Shown here: positions 27,100 through 36,136 of the stretch, one piece after another | Layout: each line of letters opens with the position of its first letter | Position numbering within the stretch: position 1 is the first letter of the stretch | From: Microcoleus sp. GA_180221_E-2-1-MAG-45_12 | GTDB taxonomy: Bacteria > Cyanobacteriota > Cyanobacteriia > Cyanobacteriales > JAAUUE01 | Length of the DNA: 64,000 nt | Reading direction: 5' to 3' | Assembly (NCBI GenBank): GCA_020692245.1 | Contig: JAIMKT010000001.1 | Location: forward strand, 125,173 to 189,172 | Position numbers and translations under genes: made by a program | The notes under the pieces: generated by a model | The model's input: only the letters and a program-made list of their open reading frames with translations | What the model was told of the DNA's origin: nothing | Databases searched by the model: none

Positions 27100-29379
27100 T
27101 TGAAGTTTACTTTGACTATACTGATTAGGAAACTTAGCCTGCCCTTTCAGCAAGCTGCTCAGAGGCTGCCCGTAAGGTGGGCTGTAGTCATTCCTTTTGT
27201 TGCTCAATTAACTCTAATTGTCGGCTTGACAAGTTGGCTATCTTTTCGGAGTGGGGAAGAAGCTGTTAGAACTCTCGCCTATCAACTCCAAGCGGAAACT
27301 ACTAAACGAGTTACAGCTAATTTAAATAAATACCAAACAATTCCCCATCAAATTAATCTCCTAAATAGAAGCCAAATTGAGTTGGGATTTCTTAATTTGC
27401 AAAATTTGTCTGCTTGGGAAAGGTATCTCTGGCAGCAAGTACAAATCTTTCCAGAAATTAACTTGGTGGCGATCTCAAGTAATCAGGGAGATCAGGTGAA
27501 AGTATCCAATTTGGATGACACAGGTCTTCTGATGTCAATCATCTACCGAGATGTTTCTCCTGATTTGATTACTTATCAAACGAACTCCCTAGGTGAAAAA
27601 ACTACGATCGCAAATACAACTCCTAACTATGATCCTCGTCAACTTCCTTCGTATCAAAAGGCGGTAGTATCTGGGAAGGCTAGCTGGAGTGATATCTATT
27701 TGAATTTTGTCGATCGAACTCCCCAAATTAGTGCGGTGTTACCTTTTTATGATCAAGAAAAACGTTTACTCGGTGTGGGGACTACTGTAGTTCGTCTGCA
27801 AGCCCTCAGTGATTTTCTTGCTACCCTACAGGTAGGAAAAACTGGACAGGTATTAATTATTGAACCCGATGGTGACATGATTGCCACTTCTACGGGAGAG
27901 TCTTTATCTCGTCAAGTTGATAATGAATTGAAGAGAATTAATATTATCAACAGTACCAACTCCATTACCCAAGCTGTAGGTAAACATTTACAAAAAATAT
28001 TTATAGAAAATCAATCTGCAAATAATAACTCTAGCAGAGCTGATCGGGAGACTTTCCAAATAGGCTTAGTAAAAAATATTGAGATAATCTTGGGCGATCG
28101 AACTTATTTTACTGAGGTAATTCAAGTTCCAGATGAAAATGGTTTAGATTGGCAAGTTGTAGTTATTATTTCTGAAGAAGAATTTCTAGAACAAATCATT
28201 ATAAATAATCAAAGAACTCTACTAATTTGTATCTTTGCTCTGTTAGCGGCAATTTTCTTTGGAATTAAGACCTCCAGATGGATTGTTAAACCCATTGAGT
28301 CTTTAAGTTTAGCAACTAATCAGATTGCCAAAGGTGATCTAGACCAAAAAGTTTTAGTAAAAGGTAATCGAGAGTTGCGAACTCTGGCAGCTAACTTTAA
28401 TCAAATGATTACTAAATTACAGTCGTCTCGGTCTAATCTTGAGAGCTATAATCATCAACTAGAAACCACTTTAGAAGAATTAAAAAATACCCAATTGCAA
28501 CTAATTCAGAATGAAAAAATGTCCAGCCTTGGGCAGTTAGTTGCTGGGGTTGCCCACGAGATTAATAATCCTGTGAATTTTATTGCCGGAAATGTTTCCC
28601 ATGCTCAATCCTATGTAGAAGATTTGATCTTGACTTTACAAATCTATCAAAATTATCACCAAAATTATCACGGTGATACTCCAGAGGAAATCACCACAGA
28701 GATTGATCGACAGGATATTGACTTAGATTTTATTCAAGGGGATATTCTCAAGGTTTTGAGGTCAATGAAAGTGGGAGCCGATCGCATTCAAGGCATAGTA
28801 AAATCTTTGCGGAATTTCTCTAGATTAGATGAATCAGAAGTGAAATCTGCCGATATTCATGAAGGTATTGATAGTACTCTGCTGATTTTGCAAGGCAAGT
28901 TACAAATGAAGGGCGATCGCCCAATGATCAAAGTAGATAAACATTATGGTGATTTACCTCCTATAGAATGTTATCCGGGGCAGTTGAATCAGGTTTTTAT
29001 GAATTTATTGGTTAATGCGATCGATGCCCTTGAAGATAAATTTTGCAAGCAAAAAGTTAGTAAGAGTAATCAAAGTAGTTCACCTAAAATCACTATTACT
29101 ACTGAACTGATTACCCAACAAAAAGTTGTTAAGATTATAATTGCGGATAATGCTGATGGCATCACTGAAGCAGTTCAGAATAGAATTTTCGATCCTTTTT
29201 TTACTACCAAGGAGGTAGGCAAAGGTACAGGTTTGGGTTTAGCTATTAGTTATAAAATCATTACTGAAAAACACCAAGGACAATTAGATTGTATTTCTCG
29301 ACTCGATCAAGGTACTGAATTTATCATCACTTTGCCAACAGATTTATCACAGGGGTTGACACTTTCCGGCTCGGATTAA
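27100..29379 (+). CDS. Membrane sensor histidine kinase (periplasmic Cache-like domain, HAMP, HisKA, HATPase)
   Basis: Two TM segments flank a domain of about 300 aa. HAMP-like IAKGDLDQKV. H-box VAGVAHEINNPVN; DNADGI; GTGLGLAIS. TTG start as in the track. Confidence 0.85.
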   Translation: MKFTLTILIRKLSLPFQQAAQRLPVRWAVVIPFVAQLTLIVGLTSWLSFRSGEEAVRTLAYQLQAETTKRVTANLNKYQTIPHQINLLNRSQIELGFLNLQNLSAWERYLWQQVQIFPEINLVAISSNQGDQVKVSNLDDTGLLMSIIYRDVSPDLITYQTNSLGEKTTIANTTPNYDPRQLPSYQKAVVSGKASWSDIYLNFVDRTPQISAVLPFYDQEKRLLGVGTTVVRLQALSDFLATLQVGKTGQVLIIEPDGDMIATSTGESLSRQVDNELKRINIINSTNSITQAVGKHLQKIFIENQSANNNSSRADRETFQIGLVKNIEIILGDRTYFTEVIQVPDENGLDWQVVVIISEEEFLEQIIINNQRTLLICIFALLAAIFFGIKTSRWIVKPIESLSLATNQIAKGDLDQKVLVKGNRELRTLAANFNQMITKLQSSRSNLESYNHQLETTLEELKNTQLQLIQNEKMSSLGQLVAGVAHEINNPVNFIAGNVSHAQSYVEDLILTLQIYQNYHQNYHGDTPEEITTEIDRQDIDLDFIQGDILKVLRSMKVGADRIQGIVKSLRNFSRLDESEVKSADIHEGIDSTLLILQGKLQMKGDRPMIKVDKHYGDLPPIECYPGQLNQVFMNLLVNAIDALEDKFCKQKVSKSNQSSSPKITITTELITQQKVVKIIIADNADGITEAVQNRIFDPFFTTKEVGKGTGLGLAISYKIITEKHQGQLDCISRLDQGTEFIITLPTDLSQGLTLSGSD

Positions 29380-29541
29380 CCCCACTCGTTTGGCGATCGC
29401 TTCCCCTCGACTACTAAAACCACCCCATTGTTCTAAAATGTCTGCGGTGGGGATATCCTTTAATTTTTGATCAGAAATAATTTCACAGGTTCGATCGAGC
29501 TTTTTCACAATATACCAAGTAGTTTCTGTGGTTTCTGCCAT
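29347..29541 (-). CDS. Hypothetical 64-aa protein
   Basis: ORF track. Overlaps the convergent kinase 3' end by 33 nt. Confidence 0.4.
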   Translation of the reverse strand: MAETTETTWYIVKKLDRTCEIISDQKLKDIPTADILEQWGGFSSRGEAIAKRVGLIRAGKCQPL

Positions 29542-29613
29542 TGTTCTTGTAGTAGCGGTTTTAACCGCCTTAGATAAGTAAATTAATAAACTTATTTTGA
29601 GGTTATTTTGAAG

Positions 29614-30201
29614 TTATTTTGAGTAATTTGTTTGATCTATCACCCATACCAAAAAATCGAGGGCAGTCATAGGAATTCTTGGAATTTGATTAGAGGTGAC
29701 TTGCCAGCCGGGGCAGGTGTGGGGCGATCGCCAGATTTGTAAATGCTCTACAGGAGGATCCGCATAAAAATTAATTTCTCCCGTTCCCAACAGTGCCGAA
29801 CTCCAATGGGTAAAATAATCATGACTCAGACGATAGACCGGAAAATTCCCCACCATTGGGACTCCCCAGCCATCGATCGCTACCAGACCCGCCACTTTTC
29901 CCCCCTCTAGTTGCCAAAAATTTAACGCCGGAATTGCCCCCGCCACCCCAGCACTAAAAGCAATTACCAGAATTGGAGTCGATCGAATGGTGATTCTGTC
30001 CCGGAAAAACCCTAGAATAGAAACCGAAGAGTAGGCGGGACTCTCTGCCGTGGTGGAGAAAGTGTAAATCTCCTGAGGCGTTATCGATCGTTGCAGTGCT
30101 GCCAAAAACTCCTCAGTAAATTGCTGACAGTGTACTCCGGGCAAAATTACTAACGGTACTGGTGATGCTACTTGTAACGGTATCTGGCTACTCCCCGGCA
30201 A
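29614..30201 (-). CDS. Hypothetical protein, possibly alpha/beta-hydrolase-like
   Basis: VIAFSAGVAG resembles a nucleophile elbow. Otherwise unassigned. Confidence 0.4.
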   Translation of the reverse strand: MPGSSQIPLQVASPVPLVILPGVHCQQFTEEFLAALQRSITPQEIYTFSTTAESPAYSSVSILGFFRDRITIRSTPILVIAFSAGVAGAIPALNFWQLEGGKVAGLVAIDGWGVPMVGNFPVYRLSHDYFTHWSSALLGTGEINFYADPPVEHLQIWRSPHTCPGWQVTSNQIPRIPMTALDFLVWVIDQTNYSK

Positions 30202-30255
30202 ATTCTTGCCCCCCTATTCTGATAAAATTTTTAAGGATTCTATCAATACTGACTC

Positions 30256-31290
30256 ATGGGATCAACTCGCGCAAGGATAGCAATTGATGCAATGGGGGGA
30301 GATCACGCTCCCGCCGAAATAGTTACAGGCGCCATCCGGGCCGCCGCCGAACTGGATATAGAAGTAATTTTGGTGGGCGATCCCCAGCAAATTCGTGCTT
30401 CTGTTGCTCACCAAGGGCAGTCCTTTCCGTTAGAAATTGTCACGGCTGAAGATGTGGTTGCCATGGATGAGGAACCCCTTGCTGTCCGCCGCAAGCCCAA
30501 GGCATCTATCAATGTCGCCATGGATTTGGTGAAAAATAAACGAGCTGATGCAGTGGTATCCGCCGGACACTCTGGGGCAGTGATGGCCGCCGCCTTACTC
30601 CGTCTGGGCAGACTCAAAGGGATCGATCGACCAGCGATCGGGGCGGTATTTCCTACCCAAATTGCTGGCAAACCTGTTCTTGTCCTCGATGTGGGGGCAA
30701 ATGTTGATTGCAAGCCCAAATATCTTGATCAATTTGCAGTCATGGGTTCCGTCTATAGCCAGTACGTTTTAGGTACTCCCGCTCCTAAGGTTGGTCTACT
30801 CAATATTGGCGAAGAAGAATCCAAGGGCGATGATCTGGCTCTTCGTACCTACGAACTCTTGACCAAAAATCCCCGGATTGAATTCATTGGTAACGCCGAG
30901 GGGCGGGATGTGCTGACGGGACAGTTTGATGTCATTGTCTGTGATGGCTTTGTGGGGAATGTATTACTCAAATTTGCGGAAGCCGTGGGCAATGCCGTCC
31001 TACAAATTCTTAAGGAAGAACTTCCCCAAGGTTTACATGGACTCGTTGGCACAGCCCTTTTGAAGCCGAATCTGAAACGAATTAAGCAACGGGTAGATCA
31101 TGCCGAACACGGTGGGGGACTACTCCTAGGTGTTGCCGGGGTCTGTATCATCAGCCATGGTAGCTCCCAATCTCCCTCAATTTACAACGCTATTCGTCTT
31201 GCCAAGGAAGCCGTAGATAACCAAGTTTCCGAAAGGATTCAAGGAGTCTTGACAAACAGTGAACAGTTAACAGTTAACAGTGAGCAATGA
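30256..31290 (+). CDS. plsX: Phosphate acyltransferase PlsX
   Basis: IAIDAMGGDHAP, GHSGA and DGFVGNV motifs. The last roughly 12 codons are encoded by a heptamer array. Confidence 0.95.
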   Translation: MGSTRARIAIDAMGGDHAPAEIVTGAIRAAAELDIEVILVGDPQQIRASVAHQGQSFPLEIVTAEDVVAMDEEPLAVRRKPKASINVAMDLVKNKRADAVVSAGHSGAVMAAALLRLGRLKGIDRPAIGAVFPTQIAGKPVLVLDVGANVDCKPKYLDQFAVMGSVYSQYVLGTPAPKVGLLNIGEEESKGDDLALRTYELLTKNPRIEFIGNAEGRDVLTGQFDVIVCDGFVGNVLLKFAEAVGNAVLQILKEELPQGLHGLVGTALLKPNLKRIKQRVDHAEHGGGLLLGVAGVCIISHGSSQSPSIYNAIRLAKEAVDNQVSERIQGVLTNSEQLTVNSEQ

Positions 31291-31370
31291 ACAGTAAACA
31301 TTAAGAGGGGATAATCGATACTTCTACTACGCTCAGTACGAGTGGCTGATAACTGATAACTGTTAACTGA
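31255..31370. repeat. CAGT-core heptamer arrays forming an inverted pair around the plsX stop codon
   Basis: Left arm CAGTTAACAGTTAACAG (31264-31280) pairs with right arm CTGATAACTGTTAACTG (31353-31369): 17 nt, 1 mismatch. The core contains CTACGCTCAGTACGAG. Confidence 0.85.
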
Positions 31371-31386
31371 ATAGGGGAGAAATATT

Positions 31387-32382
31387 TTGAATCAAACAGG
31401 GCTGGGTTTGGCAATTATTGGTTGTGGTTCGGCGACTCCTCAGGGAGTAATCACCAATGACCATTTAACAACTTTAGTAGATACCTCCGATGAGTGGATT
31501 AGTACCAGAACGGGGATTCGATCGCGCCGGGTCATCTCCGAGACAGAATCCCTCAGTCAGCTTGCCCACCAAGCAGCGATCGCCGCCCTAGAAATGGCAA
31601 AGATCACCCCAGAGGATCTAGACCTAATTATCCTCGCTACTTCTACCCCTGATGATTTATTTGGTAGCGCGAACCAAATTCAGGCAAGTTTGGGGGCAAC
31701 CCATGCGGTAGCTTTTGATCTGACGGCGGCTTGTTCGGGGTTTGTGTTTGGCTTGGTGACGGCAGCGCAGTTCATGCGGACAGGGGTGTATCGTCGGGTA
31801 TTGTTGATCGGGGCAGATGTGTTGTCTCGCTGGGTAGACTGGAACGATCGAGGCAGTTGTATTCTCTTTGGGGATGGAGCCGGAGCCGTAGTCCTAGAAC
31901 AGCGATCAACCGATCAACTTTTGGGATTTGAACTCCGCAGCGATGGAAGCAAACGGCAGGATTTGACCCTTGGTTATCAATCCCAGCCCCAGATTCTTTC
32001 CCCAGAGATCACCGTGCAGCAGGGAGGTTATACAAAAATATTCATGAATGGCAAGGAAGTTTATAAATTTGCAGTACAGCAAGTTCCAGAAATTATTGAA
32101 AAAGCTCTATTCCGGGCAAATATTACCGTAGATCAAGTAGATTGGCTTCTGCTCCATCAGGCTAACCAAAGAATTCTCGATGCGGTGAGCGATCGACTCA
32201 AAATTCCCTCTAGTAAAGTGCTCAGCAACCTCCGCCACTACGGCAATACTTCCGCCGCCTCCATCCCCCTTGCCCTCGATGAAGCTGTCCGATCGGGAAA
32301 GATCAAGCCCGGAGATGTGATTGCCACCGCCGGATTTGGGGCAGGGTTAACTTGGGGAGCCGCAATATTTAAGTGGGGCTAG
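31387..32382 (+). CDS. fabH: 3-oxoacyl-ACP synthase III
   Basis: Active-site AACSGF, HQANQRI and GNTSAAS. TTG start. Confidence 0.9.
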   Translation: MNQTGLGLAIIGCGSATPQGVITNDHLTTLVDTSDEWISTRTGIRSRRVISETESLSQLAHQAAIAALEMAKITPEDLDLIILATSTPDDLFGSANQIQASLGATHAVAFDLTAACSGFVFGLVTAAQFMRTGVYRRVLLIGADVLSRWVDWNDRGSCILFGDGAGAVVLEQRSTDQLLGFELRSDGSKRQDLTLGYQSQPQILSPEITVQQGGYTKIFMNGKEVYKFAVQQVPEIIEKALFRANITVDQVDWLLLHQANQRILDAVSDRLKIPSSKVLSNLRHYGNTSAASIPLALDEAVRSGKIKPGDVIATAGFGAGLTWGAAIFKWG

Positions 32383-32417
32383 AGCAATTTAGCTTAGATA
32401 AATAAGATTAAAGAAAT

Positions 32418-33083
32418 TTAAGTAAATTGTTGGCTAAGAGCCACGGGATTGTGGACGGTGATCCGTTTTTTGTGAATGGAGATCATTTTATCTTGGCGTA
32501 AATCTCCTAAAAGCCTTGTCACCGTGACTCTAGTAGAACCAATAGCTTCAGCGATCGCCTGATGGGATAATTTCAAATCCACCATAATTCCCTCCGCCGT
32601 AGGAATCCCAAAATCCCGACACAGAATAAGTAAGAAACTTACCAACCGTGAACCCATATCCCGGTGTGCCAGAGTTTCAATCATCATTTCTGTTTGCAAA
32701 ATCCGTGAAGACAAACCCCGCAACATTAGGGTAGATAGTTCAGCATTTTCTCGGAGAGCTTGCTCCACTTGGTCAATGGGGGCCGAGAGCAATTCCACCG
32801 AAGTAAAAGCCACGGCATGATAGAAGCGATCGGACTTATGCCCCGTAATTAGAGACAATACACCAAAAACACTATTTTCCCGCAACAAAGCCACGGTAAT
32901 CTCTTCCCCTGCCTCATAGACCCGCGAAAGTTTCACTGCCCCTTTCAATAAAAAATATACCCGTTCGGCGGGATCACCGGGGAAGAAAATAGTTTTCCCA
33001 CGCTCAAAGGTTTCTGTCACTGGAGGAAAAGCTCCCCCTCCCATCTGCCGAAATACGAGTGATAAAGGTCTATCCTGCTGCAT
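32418..33083 (-). CDS. ntcA: Global nitrogen regulator NtcA (CRP/FNR family)
   Basis: Near-identical blocks to known NtcA: [82 protein letters not shown] at 33083 preferred. Confidence 0.95.
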   Translation of the reverse strand: MQQDRPLSLVFRQMGGGAFPPVTETFERGKTIFFPGDPAERVYFLLKGAVKLSRVYEAGEEITVALLRENSVFGVLSLITGHKSDRFYHAVAFTSVELLSAPIDQVEQALRENAELSTLMLRGLSSRILQTEMMIETLAHRDMGSRLVSFLLILCRDFGIPTAEGIMVDLKLSHQAIAEAIGSTRVTVTRLLGDLRQDKMISIHKKRITVHNPVALSQQFT

Positions 33084-33160
33084 TAATCTTTTACCTTGAT
33101 TCAACCAGAAAAGTTACTCATGTAACAAAATTACTAAACCTAAGTTTACCAAACTTTTTT

Positions 33161-33174
33161 GTATCATCATGTAC
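33161..33174. promoter_or_regulatory. Canonical NtcA-box GTATCATCATGTAC (GTA-N8-TAC) in the ntcA/sppA divergent region
   Basis: Exact GTA-N8-TAC, 78 nt upstream of the ntcA ATG. The -10 on the ntcA side is only approximate (TAGTAAT). Confidence 0.4.
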
Positions 33175-33512
33175 CTTCTTTCTAAAGTCCCTCAAAATAT
33201 ACCCAAAACCTTGATTTGGCAGGTAAGCTAGGGCGATCGACTCTAGACAATTACCACAAAACTGACAGGTAATTCATGGATTATCCCCATTTTCTAGACA
33301 GGCAAAAAACTTTCGCTAACCTCATATATTTTGATTAGTCTCAACTACAGAATAGAATAGAAGAGCTTTTATCGTTGCTCAGAGCCTTGAGGGCTGGGCG
33401 GCTATTTCATGAAAATTGTTTCGACTATAATTAGTTTAGTTAAAAAAATTAGCTCTGAAATTAAAAATCAAGCACTACAAAATATCAAAAAATAGCAAGA
33501 ATATTAAAAATT

Positions 33513-34325
33513 ATGGGATGGTTCTTTGGTTCTCGGTTTCGGAAGCAAATTGCACGGATTGAAGTGAATGGGGCGATCTTTGGGGAAACTCGCAAGAAGG
33601 TATTGGGATACCTAAAAACAGTGGAAGAGAAGAAGTTTCCGGCTCTGTTGTTGAGAATTGATAGCCCCGGCGGGACTGTTGGGGATTCTCAGGAAATCTA
33701 TAGCGCCCTGCTCCGACTCCAAGAAAAAAAGGTGAAAATAGTTGCCAGCTTTGGAAATATTTCTGCCTCTGGTGGGGTCTACATTGGCATGGGGGCGCAA
33801 CATATTGTGGCAAATCCGGGGACAATTACGGGCAGTATTGGGGTGATTCTCCGGGGTAATAATCTGGAACGCTTGCTGGATAAGGTGGGAGTATCTTTTA
33901 AGGTGATTAAATCTGGTCCCTATAAAGATATCCTAGCCTTCGATCGACACCTCACGGAACCAGAGGAAGAAATTCTCCAGCAATTAATTGATACTAGCTA
34001 CCAGCAATTTGTGCAAACTGTCGCCGATGCTCGGAAGTTATCTGTGGAAACGGTGAAGACCTTTGCCGATGGGCGGATTTTTACTGGGGAACAGGCTCTA
34101 GCCTTGGGGGTGATCGATCGCCTCGGTACTGAAGAAGATGCCCGCCGTTGGACAGCCGAGTTAGTTGGGCTTGATCCAGACAAAACCCAGTGTTATAACT
34201 TTGAAGAACGGAAGCCTCTATTTAACCGACTAGTGGGCGGCGGTGCGGCTTTATCTACGGGAATGCATTGGCTAGAGTTTGAAGTGATGACTTCAGGGCA
34301 ACCTCTGTGGTTATTCCGACCCTGA
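33513..34325 (+). CDS. sppA: Signal peptide peptidase SppA (36K type)
   Basis: LLRIDSPGGTV, ASGGVYI and TGSIGV blocks. Confidence 0.9.
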   Translation: MGWFFGSRFRKQIARIEVNGAIFGETRKKVLGYLKTVEEKKFPALLLRIDSPGGTVGDSQEIYSALLRLQEKKVKIVASFGNISASGGVYIGMGAQHIVANPGTITGSIGVILRGNNLERLLDKVGVSFKVIKSGPYKDILAFDRHLTEPEEEILQQLIDTSYQQFVQTVADARKLSVETVKTFADGRIFTGEQALALGVIDRLGTEEDARRWTAELVGLDPDKTQCYNFEERKPLFNRLVGGGAALSTGMHWLEFEVMTSGQPLWLFRP

Positions 34326-34381
34326 GGGTGATTAAAAAATAAACTAAAAATAAATTAGAAATAAACTTGAGGGGGTTGAGA

Positions 34382-34771
34382 GTGAATTGGCGAGTTAGAG
34401 CAATTCGAGGAGCAACAACCGCGGCGGCGAATACGATCCCAGCCATTACCGAAGCGGTGACAGAGTTATTAGATGAACTAGAAGCACATAACCAGCTTGA
34501 TCATCAAGAAATTGTCAGCGTCATGTTTACAACTACTCAGGATTTGGATGCAATTTTTCCGGCAGCCATCGCCCGGCAGCGTCCTCACTGGTCAGATATT
34601 ATCCTGTTAGATGTTCAACAAATGCACGTCCCCGGTAGCCTCGATCGCTGTATCCGCTTTTTGATTCACTTCAATACTCCTTACCCCGAACAAAAAATTT
34701 ATCATCCCTACCTCCGCCACGCAAGGAACCTCCGACCCGATCGAGTCTTGGAAAATTTGAGCTATCGTTAG
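34382..34771 (+). CDS. aroH: Chorismate mutase, AroH class
   Basis: VRAIRGATT..N....I...V.ELL; FTTTQDL.A.FPA; GSL.RCIR. GTG at 34382 preferred as the start. Confidence 0.8.
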   Translation: MNWRVRAIRGATTAAANTIPAITEAVTELLDELEAHNQLDHQEIVSVMFTTTQDLDAIFPAAIARQRPHWSDIILLDVQQMHVPGSLDRCIRFLIHFNTPYPEQKIYHPYLRHARNLRPDRVLENLSYR

Positions 34772-34866
34772 GAGTTAACAGGAGGTACAAGGAGGTAGAG
34801 GAGATACAGGGAGGTACAGGGAGGTACAGGGAGGTAGAGTTATCAGTTATCAAAGAACAGTTACTC
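34771..34866. repeat. GGAGGTACA / CAGGGAGGTA tandem array followed by CAGT-core heptamers
   Basis: (CAGGGAGGTA)x3 at about 34807-34836, then GTTATCAGTTATCAAAGAACAGTTAC. The reverse-complement motif recurs at 45368-45395. Confidence 0.85.
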
Positions 34867-34900
34867 GGCATTTATGGATCAGGTATTCAGGTATTGATTG

Positions 34901-35902
34901 ATGTCTGAACTACGCCAGAACATTATCACTAGGGATTGGGTAATTATTGCCCCCGAACGGGCGAAACGTCCCCATGAGTATGGACTAGAAGATCGTAGAA
35001 AGAATCTGCTACCTAACTATCGCCCTGACTGTCCTTTTTGTGTGGGCAATGAGGAAAGTACTGGGGAAGAAACCCTGCGTTGGAGTGATGAACGGGGCTG
35101 GCGAGTCCGGGCTGTACTAAATAAATATTCTGCTCTCTCCTCTACGGGCGATCGAGTCCGCCATGTGCAGGGAATCCATCGATCGATCTCTGGGGTTGGA
35201 GCCCATGAAGTAATCATTGAGCATCCCTGCCATGACCTCACCACTGCCCTCCTTGAAATTGCCGACGTTGCCAATATTATCCGGGTCTATCAACAACGTT
35301 ACCTCCATTTCAAAACCGATCCCCGCATTGAAGCAATTATTATTTTTAAGAATCATGGCAAGGGTGCTGGAACTTCCCTCGAACATCCCCATTCCCAGAT
35401 CGCTGCTACTCCGGTGGTTCCCTATCAGTTCCGCAGTCGAATCGATGGGGCCATTCGCTACTTTGATGATCAGGGCTATTGTGTATTTTGTGAAACCTTG
35501 CAGGATGAATTGGCAAGTGGGACAAGGATAATTTTTGAGAATACCCATTTTGTCGCTTTTATTCCCTACGCTGCCCTGTCACCTTTTCATATCTGGATTT
35601 TCCCCCGCCGCCATTCTTCCTGCTTTGAGCAAATTACAGAGCCAGAAATTCTCGGCTTAGCTGAAGCCTTACAAATCGTGTTAGCAAAACTCTATTACGG
35701 CTTAGATAACCCCGATTACAACTACACCATCCGTTCTCTCCCCAGCAAGCAGGAACAAGCTCCCTACTTTCATTGGTATATTGCGATCGTCCCTCGGCTT
35801 ACCCAGACTGCCGGATTTGAGATGGGCAGCGGCATGTATATTAATGCTTCGCAACCAGAGGAAAGTGCGGAATATCTACGATTAATTACTATCCCTTCTT
35901 GA
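34901..35902 (+). CDS. galT: Galactose-1-phosphate uridylyltransferase-like HIT-family nucleotidyltransferase (GalT/ADP-glucose phosphorylase type)
   Basis: CPFC zinc motif. Active-site HPHSQI. Two half-barrel repeats. Confidence 0.75.
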   Translation: MSELRQNIITRDWVIIAPERAKRPHEYGLEDRRKNLLPNYRPDCPFCVGNEESTGEETLRWSDERGWRVRAVLNKYSALSSTGDRVRHVQGIHRSISGVGAHEVIIEHPCHDLTTALLEIADVANIIRVYQQRYLHFKTDPRIEAIIIFKNHGKGAGTSLEHPHSQIAATPVVPYQFRSRIDGAIRYFDDQGYCVFCETLQDELASGTRIIFENTHFVAFIPYAALSPFHIWIFPRRHSSCFEQITEPEILGLAEALQIVLAKLYYGLDNPDYNYTIRSLPSKQEQAPYFHWYIAIVPRLTQTAGFEMGSGMYINASQPEESAEYLRLITIPS

Positions 35903-36013
35903 TTAGAAAAATTTTCTAGAAAATCTTCGTAAAGATATAGACGTATAGACAAAATCTAGATATGCAATAAGTGCATATACTTAATGCGTTTGCGTAATAT
36001 AAATTAACAATCT

Positions 36014-36055
36014 GTATATCTAAACACATTTAATCCCTAAGCTAACCCTTATCTT
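36014..36055 (+). promoter_or_regulatory. Putative NtcA-activated promoter of nirA: GTATATCTAAACAC (GTA-N8-CAC), N22, TATCTT
   Basis: One mismatch to GTA-N8-TAC. Exactly 22 nt to a TAN3T -10 box (36050-36055). Lies 82 nt upstream of the nirA ATG. Confidence 0.4.
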
Positions 36056-36136
36056 GGCATTATTCAAGTAGCCTAGATTGCCTAATTACAGAGATATTTT
36101 CTTTGTTCTGGCAATAAAACCCCAAGGGATTCACCA

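Noticed and set aside
33122-33134. Second NtcA-like box GTAACAAAATTAC near ntcA
   Set aside because: The spacer is 7 nt rather than 8, so it does not fit GTA-N8-TAC.
35117-35548. 143-aa minus-strand ORF and other shadow ORFs inside the galT-like gene
   Set aside because: They are antisense to a CDS with clear HIT-family motifs and have no independent support.
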